64,000 nt of DNA. Origin: Candidatus Cloacimonadales bacterium. GTDB lineage: Bacteria; Cloacimonadota; Cloacimonadia; Cloacimonadales; DAONDQ01. A program made the position numbers and the translations under genes. Under the pieces are notes generated by a model. It did not search any database. It was given only the letters and a program-made list of their open reading frames with translations, and was not told where the DNA came from. The stretch covers positions 768,001 through 832,000 of the forward strand of contig OY759316.1 in assembly GCA_963662275.1 (NCBI GenBank). The letters are read 5' to 3'. This document shows, in pieces, positions 50,841 to 60,044 of the stretch. Position 1 is the stretch's first letter; the number at the start of each line of letters is the position of its first letter.

Positions 50841-52262
50841 TTAGAACTGAAAATAGATAAATTGACTGCCATTAAACACACCAATCATTAAGATAAGGAT
50901 AATAAGAGCAGAATATCCCGTATATCGGATTATTCTATTTTGATTATTGAGAATTGAGAAATTCAGATTTTGGAGAAATTCAATTTTAAATTCTATACTT
51001 ATTAACAAGATAATCATCAAAATACTATATACAAAACCGGATGGAGAACCTAGGAAAAAGGAACCTTTCTTGAATATCACAATGCTGTGCGTAATGCTAT
51101 AAGCATCAGAAAGAGAATTGGCTCTAAAGAATATCCAGGAAAAGCAAACTAATATGAAAGTAAAAATAGTAGAGACTACTCGGTATCCGGTTTTAAATAT
51201 ATTAGCAAGAAATTGCGTATATTTTTTAAATACCAGACCGGTAATAAGAAACAACCCATGTAAAGCGCCCCAGATGATATATGTCCAATTAGCCCCATGC
51301 CATAAACCACTGATCAGAAAGACAATCAACAGGTTTCGATACCACTTGAACTTGGAGACTCTGCTTCCTCCTAACGGGATGTAGAGATAATCTCTGAACC
51401 AACTGGATAGGGAGATATGCCAGCGACTCCAGAATTCATGGATGGATTGGGAAAAATATGGTCTTTTGAAATTAGTCATCAGTTTAAATCCCATCACACG
51501 TGCAGAACCGAGAGCTATATCTGAATAACCGGAGAAATCACAATAAATTTGAAAGGCAAAAAAAACAGTGGCACAGACCAGTGTTTGAGCACTGTGTAGA
51601 GCTTGATTATTATAAACGGCATTAACGTAAATCGATAACCTGTCAGCAATAACAATTTTTTTAAAGAAACCCCACAGCATTTGTTTTAACCCATTAGCTA
51701 CCCGGTCGTAGTCAAAATAATGGACTTCTCTAAATTGATGTAAGAGGTTTTGTGGTCTTTCTATTGGACCGGCAACTAACTGCGGATAAAACATCACATA
51801 CAGGGCATATATGCCAAAGTGTTTTTCAGCTTTCTGGTTCTTCCTATAAACCTCAATAGTATAACTCATTGCCTGGAAAGTATGAAAAGAAAGCCCGATA
51901 GGTAATAATATAGATAAATTAGGAATGGTGTTCACATAACCTAGACTATTTAAGAAAAGGGATAAATTCAGATTCAGAAAATTATAATATTTAAAAACGG
52001 CTAATACACCAATATTAGCACAGAGACTAGCAATTAAGAAGATTTTTCTTTTTCTGCCTTCGATTTTTTCTAACCAAATTCCGGCAAAATAATCTATGAT
52101 GATTGTAAATCCCAAAATACATATGTAGATTGGAATAAATGCCATATAAAAATAACAACTGCCCAGAAGTAGTAATAACCATCGTTTTGGATGAGGTATT
52201 ACAAAATAAAGAGTCGTTATTATGATAAAAAATGCGATGAAGTGTAACGAATTAAATAACAT
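50841..52262 (-). CDS. MBOAT family O-acyltransferase (AlgI/PatA/DltB-like)
   Basis: LPIGLSFHTFQ, FYPQLVAGPIER, DFSGYSDIA, FWSRWHISLS, GLWHGA; start MLFNS at 52262. Confidence 0.93.
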   Translation of the reverse strand: MLFNSLHFIAFFIIITTLYFVIPHPKRWLLLLLGSCYFYMAFIPIYICILGFTIIIDYFAGIWLEKIEGRKRKIFLIASLCANIGVLAVFKYYNFLNLNLSLFLNSLGYVNTIPNLSILLPIGLSFHTFQAMSYTIEVYRKNQKAEKHFGIYALYVMFYPQLVAGPIERPQNLLHQFREVHYFDYDRVANGLKQMLWGFFKKIVIADRLSIYVNAVYNNQALHSAQTLVCATVFFAFQIYCDFSGYSDIALGSARVMGFKLMTNFKRPYFSQSIHEFWSRWHISLSSWFRDYLYIPLGGSRVSKFKWYRNLLIVFLISGLWHGANWTYIIWGALHGLFLITGLVFKKYTQFLANIFKTGYRVVSTIFTFILVCFSWIFFRANSLSDAYSITHSIVIFKKGSFFLGSPSGFVYSILMIILLISIEFKIEFLQNLNFSILNNQNRIIRYTGYSALIILILMIGVFNGSQFIYFQF

Positions 52263-52509
52263 AAATTCCTTAATTAATTTATTTGACGTGAAAATCACTT
52301 AAGAAATTTAAATGTCAAGCGTAAAACTTCATTGTTTAGTAAATATGGAATATTAGCCATTGTAGATCAGCAACACAATTTGTTAAGTTGTGCTGCAACC
52401 TAACAAGTTGAGACACGATCAAACCCCCTGAACTATTTCCAATTCAGTTCTGTTCTGTACAAATCTGGTCTGCTCTGAACCAATTACTTAATACCGATTA
52501 CCTTATGCC

Positions 52510-53151
52510 CTACTTTAGCATCTTACCCAGTTTGGCTGCTGTCTTCTTGATCGTAGCTTTTGAGCTTTCTGTATATTTGGTGGCAATTTGCTTCAATTCT
52601 TCTTTCGAATCAGGCCATGATTTGTAAACTACCATAAGACCTTCCATAACACGTGTAGCATGGCGTTCTTCCCATGTTTTCAGATTTTCTTTCAATGTTT
52701 CGTAAGCTTTCTGAGCTTCTTTTTTTCCTGCAGCAGCATATTTCCCGATGGCATCAGTGGCATAATCACGGACAATGACGCTTTTATCGGATTTCATGAT
52801 CTCTTCAAGCTTGTGATAAATCTTGTCAATTTCACGAGGAACTCTATCTGCAATCAGTGAAATGCTGTGCATGATTTCCCATCTGACACGTGTTGTCTTG
52901 TGGTCGATTTGCTCGAAAAGTTCTTTTGAATACTTTGTGATTAATTCCGGTGCTTTCTGGGCTACCATAGTCAGCACTTCAGCAGCATCACCGGCAAGTT
53001 TTGAGTCTTTTGATTTAAGTGCCTTCACAATGTCATCTAAGTGAGAAGGTTTCTTTGCACATTCTTCTGCCACTTTCACATTGGAAGCTTGTGTCGTATC
53101 TCCACTCTGGGATGAAAGCTGTTCCGTGATATTCACATCTTTTTCACTCAT
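52510..53151 (-). CDS. HEAT/ARM-repeat hypothetical protein
   Basis: Helical repeats (TRVRWE, SVIVRD); GGAGG RBS. Confidence 0.65.
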   Translation of the reverse strand: MSEKDVNITEQLSSQSGDTTQASNVKVAEECAKKPSHLDDIVKALKSKDSKLAGDAAEVLTMVAQKAPELITKYSKELFEQIDHKTTRVRWEIMHSISLIADRVPREIDKIYHKLEEIMKSDKSVIVRDYATDAIGKYAAAGKKEAQKAYETLKENLKTWEERHATRVMEGLMVVYKSWPDSKEELKQIATKYTESSKATIKKTAAKLGKMLK

Positions 53152-53169
53152 GATTCCTCCAATTAATAT

Positions 53170-53805
53170 TTATTTTTTGCTTTGATGAAAGGTTAGGTCA
53201 ATTTCTTCCCGTTGTTCAGCATTTAAATGCTTATAGGTTCCTTTTCCCAATAACAAGTATTGAACCCTGGCAGTTTCCTCAGCTACTTCCAGTTTTTGGA
53301 AACACTGTTCAAGATTATTACCACAGATAACGATACCATGATTCGAGAGTATTATTACATCTGCCATGAGAGATTGTTCTGCCACAATAGATGCTAATTC
53401 ACAGGATGATGGCATAGCATATTGCACGTATGATACTTTAGGAATGAATATATAGGTTTCAGATAATATGTCAGTTTGAAGAGGAATATCAAGAAGATCG
53501 AGTAGTGTCGTATAGGTTGGATGAGCATGCAGGATAGCACTAACATCATGTCGTTTCTGATAAATCTCAGCATGCAATTTCATTTCACAACTGGGCTGTG
53601 TCTTTGAAATAACCGTAAATCCCTCCATCGTGAAAGCAGCCAGGTCAGATATTTGCAGTGCACCTTTATCCTTTCCCGTAGGAGTAATGTAGATTGTATC
53701 ATTGATTCTCATACTCACATTTCCACCGGAAGAAGTGGAATAGCCACCCATATATATCCGTTTTTGGTAGTGTATGATATTTTGGAGAATTTCAGTTTCA
53801 TTCAT
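53170..53805 (-). CDS. Class II aldolase/adducin family protein
   Basis: GGNVSMR, ITPTG, PSCE...H, HAHP, NHG. Confidence 0.9.
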   Translation of the reverse strand: MNETEILQNIIHYQKRIYMGGYSTSSGGNVSMRINDTIYITPTGKDKGALQISDLAAFTMEGFTVISKTQPSCEMKLHAEIYQKRHDVSAILHAHPTYTTLLDLLDIPLQTDILSETYIFIPKVSYVQYAMPSSCELASIVAEQSLMADVIILSNHGIVICGNNLEQCFQKLEVAEETARVQYLLLGKGTYKHLNAEQREEIDLTFHQSKK

Positions 53806-53808
53806 GGT

Positions 53809-54552
53809 TTACTCCTTTTTGAAAGAACTACCTCCTGAAGAAGGCGCTACCGACGAACTACCTCCTGAAGAAGGTGCTACCGACGAACTACCTCCTGAAG
53901 AAGGCGCTACCGACGAACTACCTCCTGAAGAAGGTGCTACCGACGAACTACCTCCTGAAGAAGGTGCTACCGACGAACTACCTCCTGAAGAAGGTGCTAC
54001 CGACGAACTACCTCCTAAAGTAAGCGCTACTGACGAACTACCTCCTAAAGTAAGCGCTACTGACGAACTACCTCCTGAAGAAGGCGCTACCGACGAACTA
54101 CCTCCTGAAGAAGGCGATGCAGAGTAATGATGATTACCATATATGCGCCAAGTTCCATCAATTTTAATAAAATAAGAAAAGTCACCATTTTCCTGTGGTT
54201 CAGTAGTGATCTCATCTTGTAATGAGATAACCCATTTTGCTGTTCCAGAAACAACTGCTGTATCGTTATTAATATCATAATGCAAATTTGTAAAATCAAA
54301 AGAAGAATATGTATTCATCCGCGTTTGCCAAGTCGTTCTTTCAACGCTAAGTCCTGTCCCATCATGAAGATAATCAGGTGAATAATGAGACATAATACCA
54401 TCCAGGTCAAGCTGTCTGAAATCTATTTGTATTTGTTCGAGTACCTGTTCAAGCTGTGCTTTATTGACATCTTCTGGTTTGGATAGGGCACAGGAAGAAA
54501 TAAAAAACATCAAAATGACAGAACAAATAATAAGAAGAATTCTATGAATCAT
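53809..54552 (-). CDS. NTF2-like lipoprotein with C-terminal (SSSVAPSSGG)n extension
   Basis: Lipobox ISSC; HYSPDYLHDG and GTWRIYGN; repeat tail. Confidence 0.75.
   Translation of the reverse strand: MIHRILLIICSVILMFFISSCALSKPEDVNKAQLEQVLEQIQIDFRQLDLDGIMSHYSPDYLHDGTGLSVERTTWQTRMNTYSSFDFTNLHYDINNDTAVVSGTAKWVISLQDEITTEPQENGDFSYFIKIDGTWRIYGNHHYSASPSSGGSSSVAPSSGGSSSVALTLGGSSSVALTLGGSSSVAPSSGGSSSVAPSSGGSSSVAPSSGGSSSVAPSSGGSSSVAPSSGGSSSVAPSSGGSSFKKE
53825..54116. repeat. 30-bp tandem repeat x~10, REP-like (minus strand GTAGCGCCTTCTTCAGGAGG)
   Basis: GAACTACCTCCTGAAGAAGGYGCTACCGAC every 30 bp from 53825. Confidence 0.95.
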
Positions 54553-55880
54553 TTTAATTCCAGGATGATCACATTTTCAACATGCCAAGTTTGCGGGAAT
54601 AAATCAAAAGGCTGTATTTCCATGATCTGGTAACAATACTGCTGAAATAACTCTATATCCCTGTATTGAGTAGATGGATTGCAGCTTACATAGATAATTC
54701 TCTGTATTCCGGCATTAGCTATTTGAGGTATGATAGCGGTTTCCAGACCCTTACGTGGTGGATCGAATATTAAAGTATCAATTTTCTGCTCAAGTACCAG
54801 TCTTGGTAATTCATCTTCCACTTTACCGGTAATGCAGGTCACATTACTCAGGTTATTTAGCATGGCATTGAATTTTGTATTCTCGACTGCATGTTCATTT
54901 GACTCAATACAATAAAGCCAGTTGCATTTCCTGGCAAGGGATAGTCCGATCAGACCAATACCGCTAAAAGCATCTACAACATTCTCCCCGGCTGAAATCC
55001 TGATATCCAGGTAGGATATTAAATTCTCCGCCTGCTGTGAATGAATCTGCATGAATGACTGATAATGAATTTGGAAAGTTGTATTCTTGATCTGGTCAGT
55101 GAAGTAAGGATTTCCATAAAGTACTTTTTCTTCATTTCCCAGTATTCTATTTCCGGTTTCTGGTTTGATATTCTGAATTATTCCCGTAATTTGAGGGTAT
55201 TTTTTGAGTAGATTCTTCACTAAAACCATTGCGAAAGGCAATTTTCTTCCTTTGGTTACAATTATCACAATCAGTTCATCCGTTCTTTCAGAATAACGGA
55301 TACCTGCATGTTTGATAATACCTGTATTATTCTTTTCATTATAAACAGGAATATGAGCAGAAATAAGATGAGTTCGAATGATTGAGAAAATATCATCAAA
55401 GAAAGTCGGATGCAGGGAACATTGCTGATGGGGAATGACTTCATGGCTTTTCCTTGCATACATACCTATAACAGGTTCTTCATTCTTCATTCCAATCGGC
55501 ATGAATACCTTATTCCGGTAATGGGTAGATGGATTGGCACCAATGATAGGTTTGATCTTTTCAGTGGGATATAAACGCTGATAAATATCCGCTATGATTC
55601 CCTGTTTCCAGGTCAATTGTACTTCATAGGGAACATTCAGCCAATCACAGCCTCCACATGCTCCGAATACTTCACATTGCGGTTCCTGAGCAAGTGAGGA
55701 ATGACACTGATATGTTTCTATTTCCGCAAAGAGGGAATTACCCTTCTTGCCAATGACCCTGACATCGACAACATCCTCAGGAATTGCATGGGATACAAAA
55801 ACAGTCTGATCGTTGTAATAACCTAATCCGTAACCTTTATTGACGATTTTAGCAATTGTAAGATGATCAATATGTTCCGT
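54549..55880 (-). CDS. rlmD: 23S rRNA m5U methyltransferase RlmD/TrmA family; start uncertain
   Basis: TRAM domain, CEVFGACGGC, YRNK, SFMQ, DPPRKG, YVSCNP, DLFPQTWHVE. Confidence 0.9.
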   Translation of the reverse strand, partial: TEHIDHLTIAKIVNKGYGLGYYNDQTVFVSHAIPEDVVDVRVIGKKGNSLFAEIETYQCHSSLAQEPQCEVFGACGGCDWLNVPYEVQLTWKQGIIADIYQRLYPTEKIKPIIGANPSTHYRNKVFMPIGMKNEEPVIGMYARKSHEVIPHQQCSLHPTFFDDIFSIIRTHLISAHIPVYNEKNNTGIIKHAGIRYSERTDELIVIIVTKGRKLPFAMVLVKNLLKKYPQITGIIQNIKPETGNRILGNEEKVLYGNPYFTDQIKNTTFQIHYQSFMQIHSQQAENLISYLDIRISAGENVVDAFSGIGLIGLSLARKCNWLYCIESNEHAVENTKFNAMLNNLSNVTCITGKVEDELPRLVLEQKIDTLIFDPPRKGLETAIIPQIANAGIQRIIYVSCNPSTQYRDIELFQQYCYQIMEIQPFDLFPQTWHVENVIILELK

Positions 55881-55887
55881 TTCAACC

Positions 55888-56601
55888 TCAAATATGGTGA
55901 AAGATTGCTTTGATTCGCAGCCACCAGACCATGAATATGGCTTCCCAGATGATCTGTTTAGACATTTTGGACTGTCCTTCACTGCGTTCATAAAAAATGA
56001 TAGGGATTTCCTTGATACGATATTTTTTTAGCCAGGTTCGATAATTCATTTCTATCTGGAAAGAATACCCATCAGACATGATGTCATCCAAATTGATATT
56101 CTCCAGTACTTCCCGACGGAAACACTTAAAACCACCGGTGGGATCCTTGATGGGCATTCGAGTAATAAAACGCACATACTTGGAAGCTCCATAACTCAGG
56201 AATAATCGTATGATAGGCCAATTTACGACATTGACACCTTTGATATAACGTGAACCTATGACCAGATCATAATCTTGAATCGTGTTTAGTATCTTGGGAA
56301 TCATAATTGGATCATGTGAAAAATCTGCATCCATTTCGAATATGAAATCATATTGATTTGAGATACCGTACTTGAAACCGGCAACATAAGCAGAACCAAG
56401 TCCTAATTTACCAGTTCTTTCCAACAAATGCAGCCTGGGTTCGTTTGCCTGGATTTCTCGAACAGCTTTTCCTGTACCATCAGGTGAATTATCGTCAACA
56501 ATGAGAACATTGAGACAAGGATCCTGTTTGAGAACTTCCCTGATCATGCGTGGTGCATTTAAAATTTCGTTATAAGTAGGTATGATCACCAGTGCTTTCA
56601 T
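55888..56601 (-). CDS. Polyprenol monophosphomannose synthase (GT2, Dpm1-like)
   Basis: IIPTYNE, VDDNSPDGT, GLGSAY, MDADFSH, GSRY. Confidence 0.92.
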   Translation of the reverse strand: MKALVIIPTYNEILNAPRMIREVLKQDPCLNVLIVDDNSPDGTGKAVREIQANEPRLHLLERTGKLGLGSAYVAGFKYGISNQYDFIFEMDADFSHDPIMIPKILNTIQDYDLVIGSRYIKGVNVVNWPIIRLFLSYGASKYVRFITRMPIKDPTGGFKCFRREVLENINLDDIMSDGYSFQIEMNYRTWLKKYRIKEIPIIFYERSEGQSKMSKQIIWEAIFMVWWLRIKAIFHHI

Positions 56602-56653
56602 TTTTCCCCTTCCAAGTTATCACTTTCTATGCTGTTAATCTAATGTGAAAAAA

Positions 56654-57406
56654 TCATTTATCTAAATTATTTTCCAGTAATTGTTCTTCAGATACATCAC
56701 GGCTTTCTTTTGCAGGATGCCCAACCCATACTTTACCAGCAGTTACATCTTTTGTAATCAATGCTCCAGCAGCAACCTGACTATCTTTTCCTATGACTTT
56801 TCCAGGTAAAATTGTAGCATGAACACCAATCCGACCGCCTGTTTTAATCGTGATACCTTTAAAATGATTAAATCTTTCCTTATCACGTGCCATATAATTA
56901 TCATTACTGGTTGCCACACAGGGAGCTACGAAACAATAATCTTCAATTTCTGAATAGGCAGTAATGTAACAGTTTGTTTCCAGTTTATTCCGACTACCTA
57001 TCTTAACAAAATTCTCCACGGCAACATTGCGCCCTATGATATTCAGATCACCGATTTCTACATTTTCCCTGATAGTAGCCATATCAGCTATGAGGTTCTT
57101 GAAGCCGATCCTGGCTTGTGCATAAATGATGACATTTGCACCAACCTGGCACATATCACCAATTTGAGTAGGTTTTAAATCAGTTGGAACCTTAAAAATA
57201 CTCCTGGGAGAACTCAGTGGTTTTTTCCCAATAATTGTGTTATCATCAATCCTGACATGATTGCCTATGATGCTGTCTTCATAAATCACGACATTGCAGC
57301 CAATATGGCAGTGATCTCCAATAAGGACATTATCCATGATGACGACGTTAAAACCAAAATGTACATCAGTACCTAATTTGGCAGACTCAGAGATATAATT
57401 TTGCAT
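56654..57406 (-). CDS. Hexapeptide-repeat sugar N-acetyltransferase (WbpD-like)
   Basis: Left-handed beta-helix repeats; VAAGALITKDV...VGHPA. Confidence 0.85.
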   Translation of the reverse strand: MQNYISESAKLGTDVHFGFNVVIMDNVLIGDHCHIGCNVVIYEDSIIGNHVRIDDNTIIGKKPLSSPRSIFKVPTDLKPTQIGDMCQVGANVIIYAQARIGFKNLIADMATIRENVEIGDLNIIGRNVAVENFVKIGSRNKLETNCYITAYSEIEDYCFVAPCVATSNDNYMARDKERFNHFKGITIKTGGRIGVHATILPGKVIGKDSQVAAGALITKDVTAGKVWVGHPAKESRDVSEEQLLENNLDK

Positions 57407-57501
57407 ACTCTCTCCCGATCATTTTATTCTCATTAAATAATCTAACAACATTAACCATTTCGGAGTTTTTCCGTCAAGAATATATATGCAAAATTTCAGC
57501 C

Positions 57502-58809
57502 TTAATGTTGTACATCTCTTCTTTTTAATTGTTCAAGGTGTCTTTTCCAAAGATTTGCTGCATAATTCAGCTCATCATTACGTGTTTTCAATATTCCATC
57601 CAATCTGGCAATATATAATCTATCCAGGATACGTCCCATAACAGTTCCCTTTGGAATTCCCAATTCCATCAGGTCATTACCTTTCAGCATCGTATGGATT
57701 TGTACCTCAGCTAATTGAAGTGCTCTGATGATGTCTATGATATGCTGATCCTGTTCTTCACAAAGAATTACAAAAACAGTTAATTTATGAAGTCCTTTCA
57801 TACTTTTCCAAGCTGTCCCTAATTTCCTGGTTTTCTGAATCTTTGATCGCATATGCAATTTAAAATGATGCAGCTCTCTGAAAACAGAACTCAGCCATTT
57901 AAGCTTCAGAAATTTTGAACAAGTTAAATTCTGTGGAAAATCTATCCCGGAAAATAACGGCACAAATAGAACCTGGTAAAGTGATAAATACTGTCTCGAA
58001 AAAGCTAATTCCTGATATTGCTTTGTATAATGAGTAAATTTAATACCCAAATCGTGAGGAATTGTCAGACTGGGAAATATGGATTCCATAATTCCTAGTT
58101 GTTCTGCCCGTAAATAAAATAACTCAGGATTAGATTCTTTGAAAGCCAGTTCGAATTCATTACGGATTCTTTCCACGGAGATCCTATGAAGATCGTCGTC
58201 ATGGATACTCTCTTTCATCAAATCGAGGGTTGCGGGTTCAATAGCATACTGAAACCGTTTTTCAAAGCGAATGGCACGCAGGATACGGGTTGGATCATCC
58301 TTGAAGCTACGGGAATGAATGACGCGTATGATGCCTGTTTCCAAGTCAGGAAAACTCTGTTCCAAGGCATATATCGTACCAAACTCTTCTTCTTTCAATG
58401 CCAGAGCCATCGCATTGATAGTAAAATCCCGACGTGTCAGGTCTGAACTGATATCTGCAAATTCTACTTCAGGCAGCGAACCAGAATAAGGATAACTCTC
58501 TGCCCTGGCAGTGACAAAATCAATCTTACGTTGACCGGGAATATGGATGATTGCCGTTCCAAAGCGCGTAAATGTCCTGCATTCCGTATGGAAGTAGGAG
58601 GCTACCTTCTCAGCAAAAGCAATCCCATCGCCTTCTACGGTAAAATCCATGTCAGGTGAGATATGCCCTAAGCAAAGATCACGGACGAAACCACCGACGA
58701 GATAAACCTTCAAGCCTTCTTCGGTTGCTAATGAACCAATCAGTTTCAGCAGTCTCAGGTCATCGGGATGAAGCTGGTTGAGTAAGCCTTTTCTTTGAAT
58801 GATAATTAT
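57502..58809 (-). CDS. cca: CCA-adding enzyme / tRNA nucleotidyltransferase; start uncertain (upstream of TTG 58713)
   Basis: YLVGGFVRD, DMDF, DLTRRDFTINAMA, DDPTRILRAIRF. Confidence 0.85.
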   Translation of the reverse strand: MIIIQRKGLLNQLHPDDLRLLKLIGSLATEEGLKVYLVGGFVRDLCLGHISPDMDFTVEGDGIAFAEKVASYFHTECRTFTRFGTAIIHIPGQRKIDFVTARAESYPYSGSLPEVEFADISSDLTRRDFTINAMALALKEEEFGTIYALEQSFPDLETGIIRVIHSRSFKDDPTRILRAIRFEKRFQYAIEPATLDLMKESIHDDDLHRISVERIRNEFELAFKESNPELFYLRAEQLGIMESIFPSLTIPHDLGIKFTHYTKQYQELAFSRQYLSLYQVLFVPLFSGIDFPQNLTCSKFLKLKWLSSVFRELHHFKLHMRSKIQKTRKLGTAWKSMKGLHKLTVFVILCEEQDQHIIDIIRALQLAEVQIHTMLKGNDLMELGIPKGTVMGRILDRLYIARLDGILKTRNDELNYAANLWKRHLEQLKRRDVQH

Positions 58810-58823
58810 GGGACTATCCTCTT

Positions 58824-60044
58824 TTAGTTATTACTCAACAGCTTTGGTGCCATGGGGGCGCGTAAACGATGAGCACCTGGAAAACCGGAACCAAGTAAAG
58901 GGCGAAGGTAGAATTTGAAAGCATCTGTTACACCATTACCTGTGGCATTGATGAATTCATCGGGCATATGACGTGTTTTACCGGCAATTTTCTCTAATTG
59001 AGCCAATTCATAATTGACAGAATAGAATCCTGTTCTCTGGATTGTAACAGAACCATCAAGATTATACCAAATAGCATAATGAGCAGCTTTTTCACCGACT
59101 TCACGGGCTTCCTGCTGATCGATATCCGAGACGCAATTAATAAACGATCTCTGTAAATACCCGAATGTATCCGACCGGACTCGGCTAATTTTAAGCTTGT
59201 CCTTGATCAGGTCACATAACAGATCACCAAGTGCTCCGGTACCGGATAACTGAACATTACCATGGGCATCAGTTTCACTAGATTTCGTCAATTTCAGCAT
59301 AATGGGCATACCTTTCTCATCCATGATTCCTTCTGAAACGGCAACAACGCAGCGTCCATACTGATCATAAACACGCTTAACATCGCGCAGGAAGGCATCC
59401 GTATTGAATGTTCTTTCAGGAACATAGACCAAATGAGGACCATCATCCTCATATTTCTGGGCTAACGCCGAAGCGGCTGTCAGGAAACCGGCATGACGTC
59501 CCATAACGACACCGATATAAACACCGGGAAGGGCTCTGTTATCAAGGTTAGCACCAATAAAAGATTGAGCGACAAATCTTGCTGCTGAACCGTAACCGGG
59601 TGTATGATCATTCAGCACAAGATCATTATCAATGGTTTTAGGAATGTGAATTGCCCTGAACTCATAATCTGCAAGCTTCGCCTGTTCATTAACGATACGC
59701 ACTGTATCGGAGGAGTCATTACCGCCAATGTAGAAAAAATAGCGAATATCATGTGCTTTCATTACTTTGAACATTTCGATGCAGTATTTCTCATCCGGTT
59801 TAGCACGAGTCGATAATAATGCAGAAGAGGGAGTGTCAGCAACCTGCTCCAAGTTGTGAGTTGTTTCCTGTGAAAGGTCCATGAAGTCTTCATTCATAAT
59901 ACCTGACACGCCATGAATGGCACCATAAACTCGTGTTACCTGTGTGAATTTCCTGGACTCAAGAACAACGCCCACCATGGACTGGTTAATCACAGCAGTG
60001 GGACCACCTCCCTGGGCTACGAGAACTTTTCCTTCAAGTTTCAT
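58824..60044 (-). CDS. 6-phosphofructokinase (PfkA family, probably PPi-dependent)
   Basis: QGGGPTAVIN, GGNDSSD, PKTIDND, MGRHAG. Confidence 0.92.
   Translation of the reverse strand: MKLEGKVLVAQGGGPTAVINQSMVGVVLESRKFTQVTRVYGAIHGVSGIMNEDFMDLSQETTHNLEQVADTPSSALLSTRAKPDEKYCIEMFKVMKAHDIRYFFYIGGNDSSDTVRIVNEQAKLADYEFRAIHIPKTIDNDLVLNDHTPGYGSAARFVAQSFIGANLDNRALPGVYIGVVMGRHAGFLTAASALAQKYEDDGPHLVYVPERTFNTDAFLRDVKRVYDQYGRCVVAVSEGIMDEKGMPIMLKLTKSSETDAHGNVQLSGTGALGDLLCDLIKDKLKISRVRSDTFGYLQRSFINCVSDIDQQEAREVGEKAAHYAIWYNLDGSVTIQRTGFYSVNYELAQLEKIAGKTRHMPDEFINATGNGVTDAFKFYLRPLLGSGFPGAHRLRAPMAPKLLSNN

Noticed and set aside
53774..54127. + strand ORF with ELPPEEGATD repeats
   Set aside because: Antisense shadow of the 30-bp array inside a minus-strand operon.
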